64,000 nucleotides of DNA from assembly GCA_002633005.1 (NCBI GenBank), contig NMRA01000117.1, positions 477,731 to 541,730 on the forward strand, written 5' to 3'. The first letter of the stretch is position 1, and each line of letters starts with the position of its first letter. The stretch comes from Phoronis australis. Its lineage: Eukaryota; Animalia; Phoronida. The notes beneath the pieces were generated by a model, which saw only the letters and a program-made list of their open reading frames with translations, had not been told where the DNA came from and made no database searches. Made by a program: the position numbers and the translations under genes. Positions 12,587 through 25,494 of the stretch are shown in pieces.

Positions 12587-13751
12587 TAGGGCCATAGGGC
12601 TCACATTCTGACGGATAGCGTGCGAAGAATCTATAAAGGATCTGTGCAGGACAAGACATAATATCATTTACTTCTAAATATCGGTGTGACAAAATAAATT
12701 GTAAACCCGTTATTCATACGTTCCACACGTGTTTCATTTTGAAATTGCGCATTTTATGAACTTCTTTTGCTCAGACAACTCTGTTTCGTGACCGTAAGCG
12801 CTACACATAGGGATATAAAATATGGTGAGAAGGGAAGGGTAGCCAACAAAGCCAGCAAAATGTCTGCGTATTCCGTAAACATGTCATGGACAGCATACTT
12901 TTATTCTTGCCTATAAGGGAGGCGGAGGCGCCTATGTGCTAAACCTTGACCTGAACCAAAACAGAAAGACAAGCTTGTAGTGTTGCCCGGTGCTGAAACA
13001 CTAAAACGTTCCGACGGTAAAGTTGTATGTCGTCCATCTTCCTGAGTGGAATGATTACACCTCTTTTACTTTTACATGAAACATCATATGAACGAAATTC
13101 ATTTGAGAGGAGAAAATGTCAACACAGTTGGATAGTAGTACTAAGATAACATACATTTATGGGTAGGGCACGTTTATCATGAATGAATTGAAAGTTCACA
13201 CAAAACCGACCTTTGTGAAATTTTCAATAGGGAAATCTAATTTGTAACACTCTCCTTGCCCAGTTCTTTTCTTTCTGTGCCCAACTAAATCTACAATTAT
13301 TGCATACCGACACCCCAAAAAGTTACCCCCCCCCCGAGCGCAGCATCTCATAAAAAGAGACGGAAAAACAATGCAGAATCCACATTGTTTGCGAAAGATG
13401 AGAGAAAAAAAGGATCCAATGTGTCAACTATTCACGCGGGGCAGTAAATAGAATTTTCAACTATCCATTAAAACCCGACAACATTACAGCAAAAGACATG
13501 CAGCTTACTCAACTACTAAAAACATGCAATACTGTTTACCATAAAATTCTAATTCTAAAATTGAAAGAATGCAATTTAAGTTGAATCGGAAACCTTAAAG
13601 ACTAGTGCTTGTTAATAATACCCAATAGTGACAGTAGCCTTCTTGCAAAATAGCAGATATTTTCGTCCAAAGCATCTCAACAATAGCATTTCTTTTGAAG
13701 ATAATTACCAGGAAAGTATAATTCATGAAATGTAGAGTTTTCGTGCATGCG

Positions 13752-14314
13752 CATAGGCGGATTTAGGGGGGGGACGATTTCCAAAGCAATCCCATCATTA
13801 TTGCCAACAAGAAAAACAGATTTGGTTTTTTGGGCATTTGAAGACTATTTTAAATACAACAAATTTGTTAAGAACCGATTGCACAAAATATAAAACGTGA
13901 AAAAGCATTACAAAAAGAAGTAAGTTTCGCGAGCAAACGCTGTGGACCACAAACAAGTAGGTCTCTTAGCACGAAATTAGTAGTAAAATCATGATGGTGT
14001 AGTGGTAAACTACGCGCGCCCTATCCGCGAGGTCGTGAGTTCGAGTTTATGGCGCGTGCGGTTTTTCCTGTTTGACACGTTCTCCGTGTTTTTTTTGCCT
14101 TTTTTTCTTGGGTAATACTTCGGGAATCAAGGAAAATGCTTGATTTTTAGAGGAAAAAACAGAAAATTTTCCTAGGCGGGAGGGATGCAAACCCCCCTCC
14201 CGACCTCCCCCCATTCGGTGCGGTGCTATACGCATTTACAATCGTGGTTTGCGCAAATGCTTACAGCCAGACAAAATGTTGGGCCCCCCTTATGATATCC
14301 TAGATCCACCACTG
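13752..14314. mobile_element. Non-autonomous DNA transposon, CA..TG termini, 5-bp TSD (ATGCG)
   Basis: Starts CATAGGCGGATTTAGG and ends CCTAGATCCACCACTG. ATGCG at both 13747-13751 and 14315-14319. Ends are homologous to the element at 20209-20495 in opposite orientation. Confidence 0.75.
13995..14066 (+). other. tRNA-like Pol III internal promoter (A box/B box) remnant, SINE-head-like
   Basis: TGGTGTAGTGGT (A box-like, 13995), GAGTTCGAGT (B box-like, 14037) and a T-run at 14062-14066. No convincing acceptor stem. Confidence 0.45.
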
Positions 14315-14529
14315 ATGCGACACTTGTGTGGATTGAGACAGTCAAAATTGATTTTTGATTAGGCCAAAAAGTATAACTGGTTCTGGTTCATACCGACTAA
14401 AAAACAAAGCGCCCGACCAAATAAATTTCAGCCAGGGTTTGGTGTTTTTTTGAAAAGCTGCTTAGTGACACGTAAGGTTTAAAACGTATCACACCAAATC
14501 AAAATACGTTTTAGTAAAATAATGTAAAT

Positions 14530-14720
14530 TTTTTCAACTATTGGCGATCTTATTCACCAAACAATAATTGATTTAACCATCACAAATTCCTCCTATTCGT
14601 TGACGCAAGTTATGGTAAAGGAGAAAATGGGTGATCATGATGCCAATAATTACAAAAATTCTTTACGCTGAACAAAAAATTTCACCCGATTGTCCAAATG
14701 AATATTCAAGTTCACGCATA
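14530..14720 (+). mobile_element. Diverged partial copy of the 7324-7683 element
   Basis: TTTTCAACTATTGGCGATCTTATTCACCAAAC..GAATATTCAAGTTCA aligns by eye with ~7470-7665. Confidence 0.65.
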
Positions 14721-17091
14721 GCAGAGTTGTGTAAAAAGTCACCGCTAGGGTCGCTCTTTCATATGAATTCTGGGAAACTTTTAAGCCCAAAACAAAGATT
14801 ATTACACCTAAGTATCTTTGCCCAAAAGTTGACTACAGAAAGACTACCTGTCTAAGTTCAAGGGTTGTCAGCGAGGTGCAGTGTGGAGTGGAATGCTTAT
14901 CTGTCGTTTTCACCACGCGTGTGACGTGTGATCAGGTATATTTCTGATCTTTCTGTAATCGCAGGTTAGCTCATACAGTACTGTAATCTGTATACTGTCT
15001 AGCTACTACACTGTCCAAACGGTACGTCAGTATTACAACAAAATAGCTGAATCTCAAATACCATAACTATCGGGCATGAACTATGCAAAAACTTGTATAT
15101 AGAATTTACAGACCAAATTACGTGGATAATGCAATGCAGCGACCACTCGTGAGTGTATCATGTATGAGGTAGGCACTTCGTTTTAAAAAGATAGAGATAA
15201 ACCATGACGTGTGTCTATAACTGGTAGAGCGTGTCTAGGTTTCCCCTGCATGTGAACACGCAATATGAACTGCAGAGACATGTTGTGCATATTGTATTTG
15301 CATTAATGTGCCTATCACAAGCAAGCCTCTGGATGGCTATGTGGTGCGTTCTAAGGAACCTTGAGCCAGCGAGCTAGCTGTATGAAGACTGTCGTCAAAA
15401 TATATTTATATACAGCTTTGTACCAAGGCTAGGCTTACCCATGAAGTGAAGAATGACGAGTAGATCGTATGTCACTGATGTGCAACCGAGCAAAATTGTT
15501 AAAACTGCATTTCCCCAGTATTTAACTCGTGCCATGAGAATAGCATTTACAGACCTTATTACCAAGGTGCAATTCCGGGATGAAAAAGTCAACCTCGACA
15601 CAAAAAATTAGAATTGTGGCTACACCACACCAATTAACATTTTTGGTCTCATCTGAGCCCTTTCTCTCTAGTTTCAGGACCCATATTTGACTGTCCTATA
15701 ACATTCAATTTTCGCTTGTATGGACCCATTTTTGGGGTCACTTGACCTTAAAAAAATAGCTCGATTTTCATGTGTGTTGCTAATTATTGTCATAAAAAGC
15801 TAATTATGGGGTTTTCACTATACTATCAATTTTGTTCAATCACACGAACCCCAAACTTTATAAAAATTAACACTTCAACTTTAGCACATAAATGACCTCT
15901 TGGGGTCAAAGGTCAACTCCTGGATATCATGGTGCCGTACGTCCATCACAAAAAGTGTTAAAAAGTTTATTTACGTTAAAAGTTTTTAATCAAAATTAAA
16001 ATAATTTCAGATTCTCTTTTAACTTGTTACTCAATACTACTGACCAAAATTTTGGATCACAGGGATTATTCGTTTAGTCAGAAATTGTGTGACAGACGTA
16101 CAGCAGATTTGTACGTCCGTCCGTCACACCCATGAAATTGCAATTTTTCAGTCTATAAAATTAACCTTAGGTCACATTTCTACTTTCTAAACTTGCATGA
16201 TAAAATGTGTCTCACACCTAAGAACCTTAAAACCATAAAATATTACAAAGGCATCTTTAAAATTAAGTGAAGAAGTTGTTACAGATTTTAACTAAATGCA
16301 TCGATTTTTTTCAATTTCAAAAGTATTTGCAGAAAAGTTACAGTTTACAATGTCATCTAGTTATTTTTAGTAAAATTCAAGTTATTAAAATCAAATAGTT
16401 GTACCACATTATAAAATGTAAATAAAACAAAATGTTAATTTAATGAACTTATCGTTTTTCTGTTGGTACCCCGTGTTAGTACAGAAATGCTTAGCTTTTG
16501 GGAAATTCAAGATGCAAAAATATTCATACAAAAGAAATCCTAATTTGCTCTAGAGTATAGCAAATAACAAGAGACCTTAAGGAACACATGTCAACTTGCT
16601 ATTGCACTGGAATCAACATGTTATTTCTGCTTCGACCTGCTATGTTGTGTTTGTGTTGAAAAAGCCGATACCGGGAATTTTCAAGCAGTAAAAATCTGTC
16701 GCCTACTTTATTGAGCATTTTTGTCACACCCTCACTGGCTGTAGGCACTCTTTTTGTGTTTTTCAGTGTATTGGGTCATTGGGTGGTTTGTATGAAATTA
16801 TTTCATAGCAAATTATTACATTGTCTAATCTTACATATTTTTGATTCTTCAATATTTTTAAGAATTAGTCGACTAATTTTTTTTCTGCTGAGCTTCAACC
16901 CCTTTTAGAAAGGATAGAGGAAATTGTACGAGACCACGGGAAGAACACAACTGTGAGAAGAATAAATATCTGCTGGAATATTCTCTGAAACTCGAAAAAA
17001 ATACTATCTTGGATCAAGAAATTCATAATTGTACTTGTGCGCTCTGTGATGTCCCTTATGAAAAAGCTTCAGGAAATTCTAATCCCGAAAG

Positions 17092-17391
17092 CCAGTGAGA
17101 ATCTCACTGGATTCCAGTTAGATTCCAGTGAGAATCTAAACAATTAAGATGCCATTTAAATTAGTGAGAAAAAAATTCTCACTCTAGTGAGATTACAGTG
17201 ATATTCCAGTTAGAATTCAGTGAGAATCTAACTAATTTGCATAGCATTCCCACTCAGTGAGAATTTGTCTTACTGAAATTCTCACTCAGTAGGAATGCTA
17301 TTCAAATTAGTGAGAATCTGTGTTACTGAAATTCTCACTGAGTGAAAATCTCACTGGGTGAGAATTTTGAACTTAGAAAATTTTGTGTGTG
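17092..17391. repeat. Array of direct and inverted CAGTGAGAAT/ATTCTCACTG motifs (MITE-like)
   Basis: More than ten motif copies in both orientations, including the palindrome CCAGTGAGA-A-TCTCACTGG. Ends in ..TTTTGTGTGTG. Confidence 0.6.
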
Positions 17392-18666
17392 CCTTTTATA
17401 CAGACACTGACTGAATAGATTAGAGATCAAAGCGTTACAGTTCCTGCAAGCCATGCAGCTACACACATTGCTGCAGGCTTGCCGCAAACATCTTCATGGG
17501 GTCATATAGAAGTATCTACGAACCTCCTGAAAATATATTGCTGCAAGACTACAAAATACTTGAATTGTGGTATGAATAATTTAATGCAGAAATGTCCTTG
17601 GCAAATACATAATTTTTATTGCACATGCCCACTTGTTAAATACAGAATACAGAACCAGCTGCATACTGGATTTAACATGATAGTTTTCAATCTTATAATG
17701 GCTGTACTTTGGGAGCAAGTTTTCGGATATACAGAATTGATTGAACACACGAAACTACAGAGGTTGTCCAGTTATAGTCATACTAGTAGATGTTCTAAAC
17801 ACATTCTACTCCAGACTAATCTGTATTACAGCAATCAGTGGTGTTCCATATGTATCATGGGATGATCCTCCACTTTTCTTCCTTGTGTTTTCTAACCAAC
17901 CTTGACATGCCGTGTATGCCATTTGTTCCAGTGTTTTCAACTCAAACTTGTTGCCTCATAACCTCTGCAGTGTGTCTGGCTTTCATCAAGTGCATTATAT
18001 CGCTCAATATTCATAAACTTAAAATATGAATGCTATTTCACTTTCCGTAAAAAGGCATTTGTGATAGCAATTATATTAGAATCTCAATTATGTTTTTAGC
18101 CGAAATTTTCTCTCGCTCGTGTATGAACAGGCAGTTGAACTTGTGCTCAATTAACCAGTTTGACTGCAGAGACTTGAGAACTGTCGTATGACTTAAGGTG
18201 ATTGCAGTTAAAACATCTGTAATATACAACATGTAAATCTTATATTGTGCCTAATAGTTACCTTGCACTAAACCAAAATGAAAATTTATTGTTCCCTACT
18301 GTGAATCAAACACAGGAAGTGATGTGAAAATTGACACAGAATTAACTTTTAAAGTCTCAATTAAGTGATATATTAGCAATTAGAAGGTCTGGTTTCATTT
18401 AACTTGTCAAAGTTTTGGAAACTGTGCATAGTTGGTTCTGGTCTAGACCCCAACTCATTTTGAAATCTTTGCTGTAATTTTCCCTAACCGTTAAAACCTC
18501 CAATTTGGATGAATCAGTTAGAAAGACAACTTCCTTTTGTTTGTAAGACCAGAACTACTGATTCATGAATGAAATCTAAGTAATGTTACTTGACAAGCAT
18601 ATCAACAAATTATACAATTTTCAAACCTAACATCCATACAGTTCTTCAGTTATCCATGTAGAGTCT

Positions 18667-19083
18667 ATAGTCCATTTACACATCAAATTTTGATCCAGGG
18701 CAACTGACACGGAGCAACCGGTGTCAAGTGGCCATTTACACACGCAATTTCATTAACTGTGGCAAGTTTTACACTGGAGAGTGGAATGCACATGCGCAGG
18801 TTTTCAAATAGCGGGAGTTCCAGAGACAGAGAGCCCGTATGTAGGTCATTGCACAAGCGCAGCAGAGATGATCCTTTCCGCCTTGCCCCAGTTTCGCGTT
18901 TAGACTTATATTTGACATGGAGCAAGATGTTCGAGTGCAAATTGCCCCACCTCACAAACAGGTGGCAGAAGTTGTCACCGTGGTGTCAATTTGCTCCGTG
19001 TCAGTCCTGTTTACACACTAGAACATCTCGTTCCTTCCGTGTCAACTGATCCGTGTAAACTTTTGTAGTGTAAACGGCAGTTA
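18667..19083. mobile_element. MITE with CC(A/G)TTTACAC-type inverted ends (PIF/Harbinger-like, tentative)
   Basis: CCATTTACAC at the left end, GTGTAAACGGC at the right end, with internal repeated TTTACAC and CCGTGTCA motifs. Confidence 0.5.
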
Positions 19084-19175
19084 TTCTGTACCAAAAGGAA
19101 CCATTTGAAATGGTTCAAATGAAATGTTGGGTCACTTATTTCCAGGCATGTAACCTTGACAATCACACCATTTCA

Positions 19176-19374
19176 TTGATAACAGTCCCAGCAGTTCAAC
19201 ATGTAGCTGGGCTAGCATGATTAAATAAACAGTCAACAGCCCTGGAGGCACTAAACATTAATGTATTTCAAGAGGCATTCCTTGATAACAGTCCTAGCAG
19301 TTCAACCTGTAGCTGGGCTAGCAAAGTTAAAATAAACGATCAATAATCACAGAGGCATTCAAACATTAATGTAC
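19176..19374 (+). repeat. ~105-bp imperfect tandem duplication
   Basis: TTGATAACAGTCC(C/T)AGCAGTTCAAC(A/C)TGTAGCTGGGCTAGCA..AAACATTAATGTA occurs twice. Confidence 0.75.
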
Positions 19375-20099
19375 AGGTCCACAAGTGAAATTTAATTTTC
19401 TTAGTTTTTCATAAGTAATGTGCAGTACCAGAAGAATACCATATCCAAGTCCATACCATTGCTACCGAAAAATTGTGAGCCTTCAAAACAATGCTAAATT
19501 ACCTTGAAATATCAAAATGAGTAATTTTTGGCAATTATTTTTGTCCGAAATTGGCAAAATTTTACTATAGCTACGGTGGCTGCTACGACCTGATTATGGG
19601 ATAATTTCAAATGTTGATAAAGTACAAGTTGTTCTAAATGCTAATACTTGCTCACTTGGTAAAATTAAATCATATATTTGTGTATGGTTTGTATTGATAT
19701 TTATTATTTTTGTTTAAACAATACGCAGGTAACAGTCTTTGTTGTTTTAAAGCAATTGCATTTAATATTTTGCCAGATTGACTTTGACAGCAGTATGAAA
19801 GTTGAAAATTTGTCAAGTGTGGTGACTGAATAAAGTACATGCAGATGCAGTTATATTCTGTAAGTGTTTTGGATTACATTTGGGTATCTTTTAGCTTTTG
19901 CTGTTTTGAACAATGTAACTTACCCAACAGTAGGTAAGACTTAGGTCACATTTAGGTAAGTTATCTAACCTAGGTAACTGCCTTGCTTAGGGTCTGGGAT
20001 TTGAGGTTTCTTTGAAATTAGAAAATAAAAACAGTTTCACTATTTGTAACATTTTGTCACAATCTTAATGCTAACACTTTAAATGTTGAAGTTTATTGC

Positions 20100-20977
20100 A
20101 ACTTTTGTGTAAACACTTTTTCACCTATAAAGTTTGGTGTAGTCTTTCCACAATTTTTTTTCTAAAGTTTCCTGCATTTTTGCTACAAAAACTCTTATCT
20201 ATAAGTTTCAGTGGCTGATCTAGGATACCATAAGGGCGGGCCCAACACTGTGTCTCGTCGGGCATCCAGCCTAAAATAGGGGGGTTGTCGGGCATCCAGC
20301 CTAAAATATGGGGGGCTCAAATTTCCGAGGGAGTGGACCTTTTACCACGAAACAAACACAGGACTAAAAAAATGGGAGCCCCATCTAAATTACCGGGGTT
20401 AGTTGTTAATAATGAGCTTGATATTTCCTCACCCTCCTGTGTTGTTTTACTTTATTTTTCAGCTGCCAAGGGGGGCCCCCCTAAATCCGCGTATGAGTTT
20501 CCTGCGAACACTTTTTCATCAATAAAGTTTCTTGCAAACACCTTTTCACCAATAAAGTTTCTTGCAATTTTCCTGCAAACAATTTTAGTCAATAAAGTTT
20601 CTTGCAACTTTCCTACAAACACAATTTTAATTTGTTTCCTGCAACTTTCCTGCAAACACTTTTTCATCAATAAAGTTTCCTGCAACTTTCCTGCAAACAC
20701 CTTTTCACCTATTAAGTTTCCTGCAACTTTCCTGCAAACACTTTTTCATCAATTAAGTTTGCAGCAGCCTTTCTGCAAACAGTTTTTGAATCACCAAGTT
20801 TGCCGCAACTTTCCTGCAAACTTCAGTGTTTGTAGCACGGTTGCGGCAATGTGAGTTGTGGGTAGCGGCAAACTCCTGCAAACATTGTGGCTGGTTTGCT
20901 GCAAACAAAATTGTTTGCCGCAAGCTTGTGGCATGTTTGCTGCAAGCTTGCGGCAAACATGGTCTCTTGGTATGGGT
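20100..20977 (+). repeat. Degenerate ~30-45-bp tandem array (AATAAAGTTTCCTGCAACTTTCCTGCAAACAC..), interrupted by a MITE
   Basis: Repeated AAGTTTCCTGCAA units on both sides of the insertion at 20209-20495, ending in GCAAGCTTGC palindromic repeats. Confidence 0.7.
20209..20495. mobile_element. Non-autonomous DNA transposon, CA..TG termini, 5-bp TSD (AGTTT)
   Basis: Starts CAGTGGCTGATCTAGG and ends CCTAAATCCGCGTATG. AGTTT at 20204-20208 and 20496-20500. Removing it restores the host repeat unit (ATAAGTTTCCTGC). Confidence 0.8.
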
Positions 20978-21324
20978 GTTTAAAACTGAAAAAATCACAA
21001 GTCTAAAAGTACAACACATAGCTATGTTCTCCCGTGTGTATTTCATAGAAGAATGATTCGAATTTATCACCAAACAGACGCAAACTCTATGATCGACCAT
21101 GGTAAATTGTCCTACCGAACTCTGTAGGCTATGTTACGTTCAAATACTTATAAATCCGTAACAGTGAAATACAACAACACATTGTTCCAGAACCTGATGT
21201 ATTTGTAAGAGGTTCACATCGAATTTTGATGATTTATTGGTGTAAAATGATGAATTGAAGCGATAAGTTGACACCAGTACGCTTGTTGGGCAGACTGCGG
21301 CTGAACTAACTGCGTTTGAACCGA

Positions 21325-21450
21325 TTACGTCATTGGTTAATTTCAACACCTTTGTCTGCTGCTAGGTGTCGGGTAAAACAACTGAACTTGCTGTTATCGA
21401 GTGGAACTACTCTATCTAAATTGATACAAAATACCGTATTCACGGTAAGA
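21325..21450 (+). promoter_or_regulatory. Candidate promoter and 5' UTR exon (possibly of the SLC16 gene)
   Basis: TTACGTCA overlapping ATTGG at 21325-21336 in CpG-richer sequence, then donor CACG|GTAAGA at 21444/21445. Assignment to the gene is inference only. Confidence 0.25.
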
Positions 21451-22677
21451 ACCGCCCAGTCGCTTAGAAAAGTATGTTCAAGGGGGGCCCTTATTATTAC
21501 CCAAGGCCGTTGAAACCGCTCTCCGAAACGGGTGAAATGGGAAGCTAAGATTCATTATATTTACGCTCTGTGACGTATCTGTAATCTATGAAAGACTTTT
21601 TACAAACCATGGTGCATTGCTATCAAACTTTGCTGCTAAATTATGATCATTTTATAGAAAATTGTGATGAAATCCCAGGATGAAAACTCGCCTACTGCCT
21701 GCCTTGCAATCGTCGATATGGCGACTGCTTGAATAAAAATACAGTTTTGACTCGAGCAAATTACCTGAAATCCTCCTTAAGTTTTCCAAGTTTGGCGTCC
21801 CTAAGATTTTTAAGTTCCTGTGGAGTCGGGGATCACTGCAGGTTTAAGTACAAATCTGTGCTGATATCGTGCCATCTACATGTATGATCGGCAACATGAG
21901 AAAAATGTCTGGACGAACACACATGTTGTTGTCATGTGACGTTTGTTTTGAAGTTGTCTGTTTGTGAGTAAGCGAGCTCGTGCGTGTCACCGAAGTTCAT
22001 TGGCCAGAGCCACACAATCTAACGAACTAGATGTGCATTGCATCTAAAGAAATTTGAACAAGTAGTAGGCCTAAACCGGAGCGTGTTTCATTCAGCACTT
22101 GCCGGTCTCATGTGCTAAAAATGTTCGACATTCGTCTCGCCGGAAAGGCCATATTAGCCACCGTGTGGCTGGATACGTACACGACTATCTGACAGTTATT
22201 TTGCGATGTAAGGGTGTGCAAGCATTCACTGTCAGTGGTTATTTTATCGGATATTTGGCTTAAAAACACCAGTTATGGTTAATCAAACAATTCATTTTAA
22301 AAATAACACAAACATTTTTATAGTATGAGAAGTTGTCGCAAATTAGTGCCAATATTCATTTCTTGCCGATGCTATGCTACCCGTTTCATGAATGGATAGT
22401 TCCCGACTAATGCCTTTGATGACAGGTCCATGTATGTAGCGCGTGCTTCCTGGCCACGTGCTTTTTAACACTGGCCAAGCTGTTTATTAGTCTTTGATTC
22501 GTGGTTTTCACGTGTAGGCCTACGAAGAAATTTGGATTCCTGTTGAAAGCGGGAAATATCTACAAAGCAATCCCGTAGACAAGTACACTACTTAAGTTCT
22601 GAAAGGCCAGACCATTGGTCCTCGCAATATCAGCAGAACTTTTGTGTTCGTTTTGAGGCATGGCGGAAGTTTGAAGT

Positions 22678-24094
22678 CAGGGCTCGACGCTATGAAAATC
22701 GCCAGGTCGCATTTTGCGACCAAGCCAAAATCATAGGTCGCATTTTCAAAATTCAGCTCGCATTCATAAATTCCAGGTCGCGAAAATTTCCCACCATTTT
22801 TACGGACCAAAATTGGCTTTTACGTCATAAGAAAATGCCTAGATTATGCTCTTGCGACGTTAAATACTCAAAAATTTCATGTCGCGAAACTGAGTTTTTA
22901 CAAGCATATCATGCATGCACCGCGTTACCATTCTTCACTGGCGCCATCCAGTGAAAGACCCTGGAGCGCAAGGCAGTTGCCGACGCGAAAGTTAAATCAG
23001 GGCTCTCTAACCGACACATGCATTCGATTAGCTAAGTGTGCAACGTGAAAAAGAAGAAAATACATGTTGAAAAAATATCCGCGACTTTTCTTAGACTGAC
23101 TTGCTATATGGCTGTCATCAAAGTCATTAAAGATACAAAGACTGATAACTCTGCTGAGTGCGAATTCCTTAATTCTGTTCGCAGGCCAAAGTTTTCAACT
23201 AAACGTTTGAAAAAACATCCTGTCGGAAGAAATTCGTGAAACGCCCTACTCGCTGAATGACATATTGATACGCGGAAACAATTCACTGCAAATTTCACAA
23301 CAAAAAATGTGGGGCTTATGCTGTTTGCCGGTACGTAGTCAATTAGTCATGAAATAAAAGCCTCGAAATGATTTCCGACAGTGTGGGTTTCTACTATTGT
23401 GCCGAAAGCGCGTAAAGACATGCCTGTCGTTTGGCGATTAATTTGGATGTCATTTTCACATTTGCTGTCTTTCACGATAAAAAAACGAGACGCATTTTTC
23501 CAAGTCCCGACGATCGTCTGCCGAGACCGCTTTCCGGTGCTAACAGTGGAACCGACCAGTGCCGCAGTGCAATCAGGCATATTGCCGTGGGTGTTGCCCT
23601 AATTTGATATTAAGGACACCTTACATGAAAAATAAATGTTTTTCCACCACTAAGCTTGGTAATTTCGTCGTTTAAGAATTAGTAGAAACACCGCTGCTTT
23701 CTGACGTATTATCACGTGTTATTCCGAGGTCCGAAACTTTCTTCGGCACATCCGGAAATTTGCAAAAAGCCGAAAGTATTGGTCAATAAAATGTGTCAAA
23801 GACCAATTCTGCATTCCCTTGTTCATGCGACATGTTTACAAGTCATCGGGAGCGCTTTTCTTAATGAATGTTCTTTTGAACTTGATTTGGCAACATTCAA
23901 ATAACGGTCGGAATCACCCGAGTTGCTCTATGGTGTTTCCCAGGTATCTGCCGCGAAGTTTAAAAACTCAGCTCGCATACGTTGGAAATTCCAGGTCGCA
24001 TTAGGCGAATTAATGCGAGCTGGCCAAAATCTCAGCTCGCATTTCCAAATTTCAGGTCGCAAATGCGACCTGCAGCTTGTTATGTCGAGCCCTG
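22678..24094. mobile_element. 1.4-kb non-autonomous DNA transposon, 11-bp TIR CAGGGCTCGAC, 5-bp TSD (GAAGT)
   Basis: CAGGGCTCGAC at 22678 and GTCGAGCCCTG ending 24094. GAAGT at 22673-22677 and 24095-24099. Repeated subterminal GGTCGCA/GCTCGCA motifs at both ends. No transposase ORF. Confidence 0.85.
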
Positions 24095-24579
24095 GAAGTG
24101 TATAGTCAGGGCTAAATACCGACATAACGGCGAGGCTCGTGGTCTACAAATTCTGCGCATTAGACAATGATTTTTTTTCAGGACTGTCGGATATTATTGA
24201 TAAATTGAAGTTGTTACTGCAGAACTTTAGGACTGTAGGTAAGGCATTTTTCGCACGTACATGTTCATGGACTGTGTGCTTATTTTAGCGAAGTCTGAAT
24301 ACGCGTGGGGGGCGCTTGTAGGGGCATAGGCGGTTATTACGGCAAATACGGTAAGTTGTTTTTGGGTGGCATTCTCCTTTAAAAGTACAACACATATTGG
24401 CAATGGGAACATGAAGGCTAGTTTAAACTTTTTTTGTTTTTGATGGGACACAGGAAGCAGCACCTGCTCTACCTATAAATATAACCGCTTTGATGCAATC
24501 CAGTTAAAGTCACTAAAGTCACTCACAAAGCACAAATTAAAGGAACATAAATGCTTTTGTAGCTGAAAAATTCTGTTTA

Positions 24580-24873
24580 AGGATTATTGTTGATTGGGAT
24601 AGACTTCTCAAAGTTATTATTGTTGGATGTGATACACTTCTTGTAGTTATTGTTGGATGGGATTGACTTCTTGAAGTTACTATTGTTGGATGGGGTAGAC
24701 TTCATGAAGTTATTATTGTTGGATGGGGTAGATTTCATGAAGTTCTTATTGTTGGATGGGGTAGACTTCATGAAGTTTGGTGTGATAGACTTCTAAAAGT
24801 CATTATTGTTGTTAATTGGGATAGACTTCTCAAAGTTATTGTTGTTGATTGAGATAGAATTCTCAAAGTTATT
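24580..24873. repeat. Degenerate ~33-bp minisatellite
   Basis: TTATTGTTGGATGGGGTAGACTTCATGAAGTTA-like units, about 8-9 copies; produces the repetitive ORF 24577..24771. Confidence 0.85.
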
Positions 24874-25494
24874 AGCTGTGACCTGAAAAACTCATTGTGT
24901 TATTGTAATTTTATTAAAAATTGGCAATTATCGCTATTGTCTGACTATCACTAATATCAAGGCTGGTGTTCTTACTGCTATTCAGCTACTGCTGCGGATT
25001 TAGTGGCTTTGATTCCATGCTACTTCTAATTTCTGTAAAATAACTTTTCTCGCCGAGAATGTCGCTTTAAAGAGATTTTTTTCACGAAAAAACATGTTTT
25101 ATGAACATGTCCTGTTCATTGTATAATGTGTTACAGCAAGAACCCAATGGAAACTGGAAGTTACTGCTAACTAGAAAAAAATCAATGTTCTTGGGACTTA
25201 AGTGGCTTAACACATTTGATCATGTGTCAATAATTAGTCCACCTTGGGAACTACTTATTCCCACCTGGTGGACTGACATGTAGCCACTTGTCGTGGCTGA
25301 AATTGAGTGTTCTTGAACCTATACTGTCACGAAGTAGATTACAAAATTTGGAATATCGCACATAACCTAGGTATAGACCAGTAAACAGAAACAGGTACCT
25401 AGAAATTCTTGGTAGTATAAGGTTTTCGTTCTTTCATGCCTAAGTGCCTCCCTTGAAGAGTTTTAGCTGGGTTGTAATTTGACAGCCTTGAGCA

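Noticed and set aside
13995-14066. Functional tRNA gene (also considered at 60375-60430)
   Set aside because: A/B-box-like motifs are present, but no acceptor and anticodon stems could be folded.
20285-20854. 189-aa ORF
   Set aside because: It spans a MITE and a degenerate tandem array; the periodic FPANTFS peptide is a repeat by-product.
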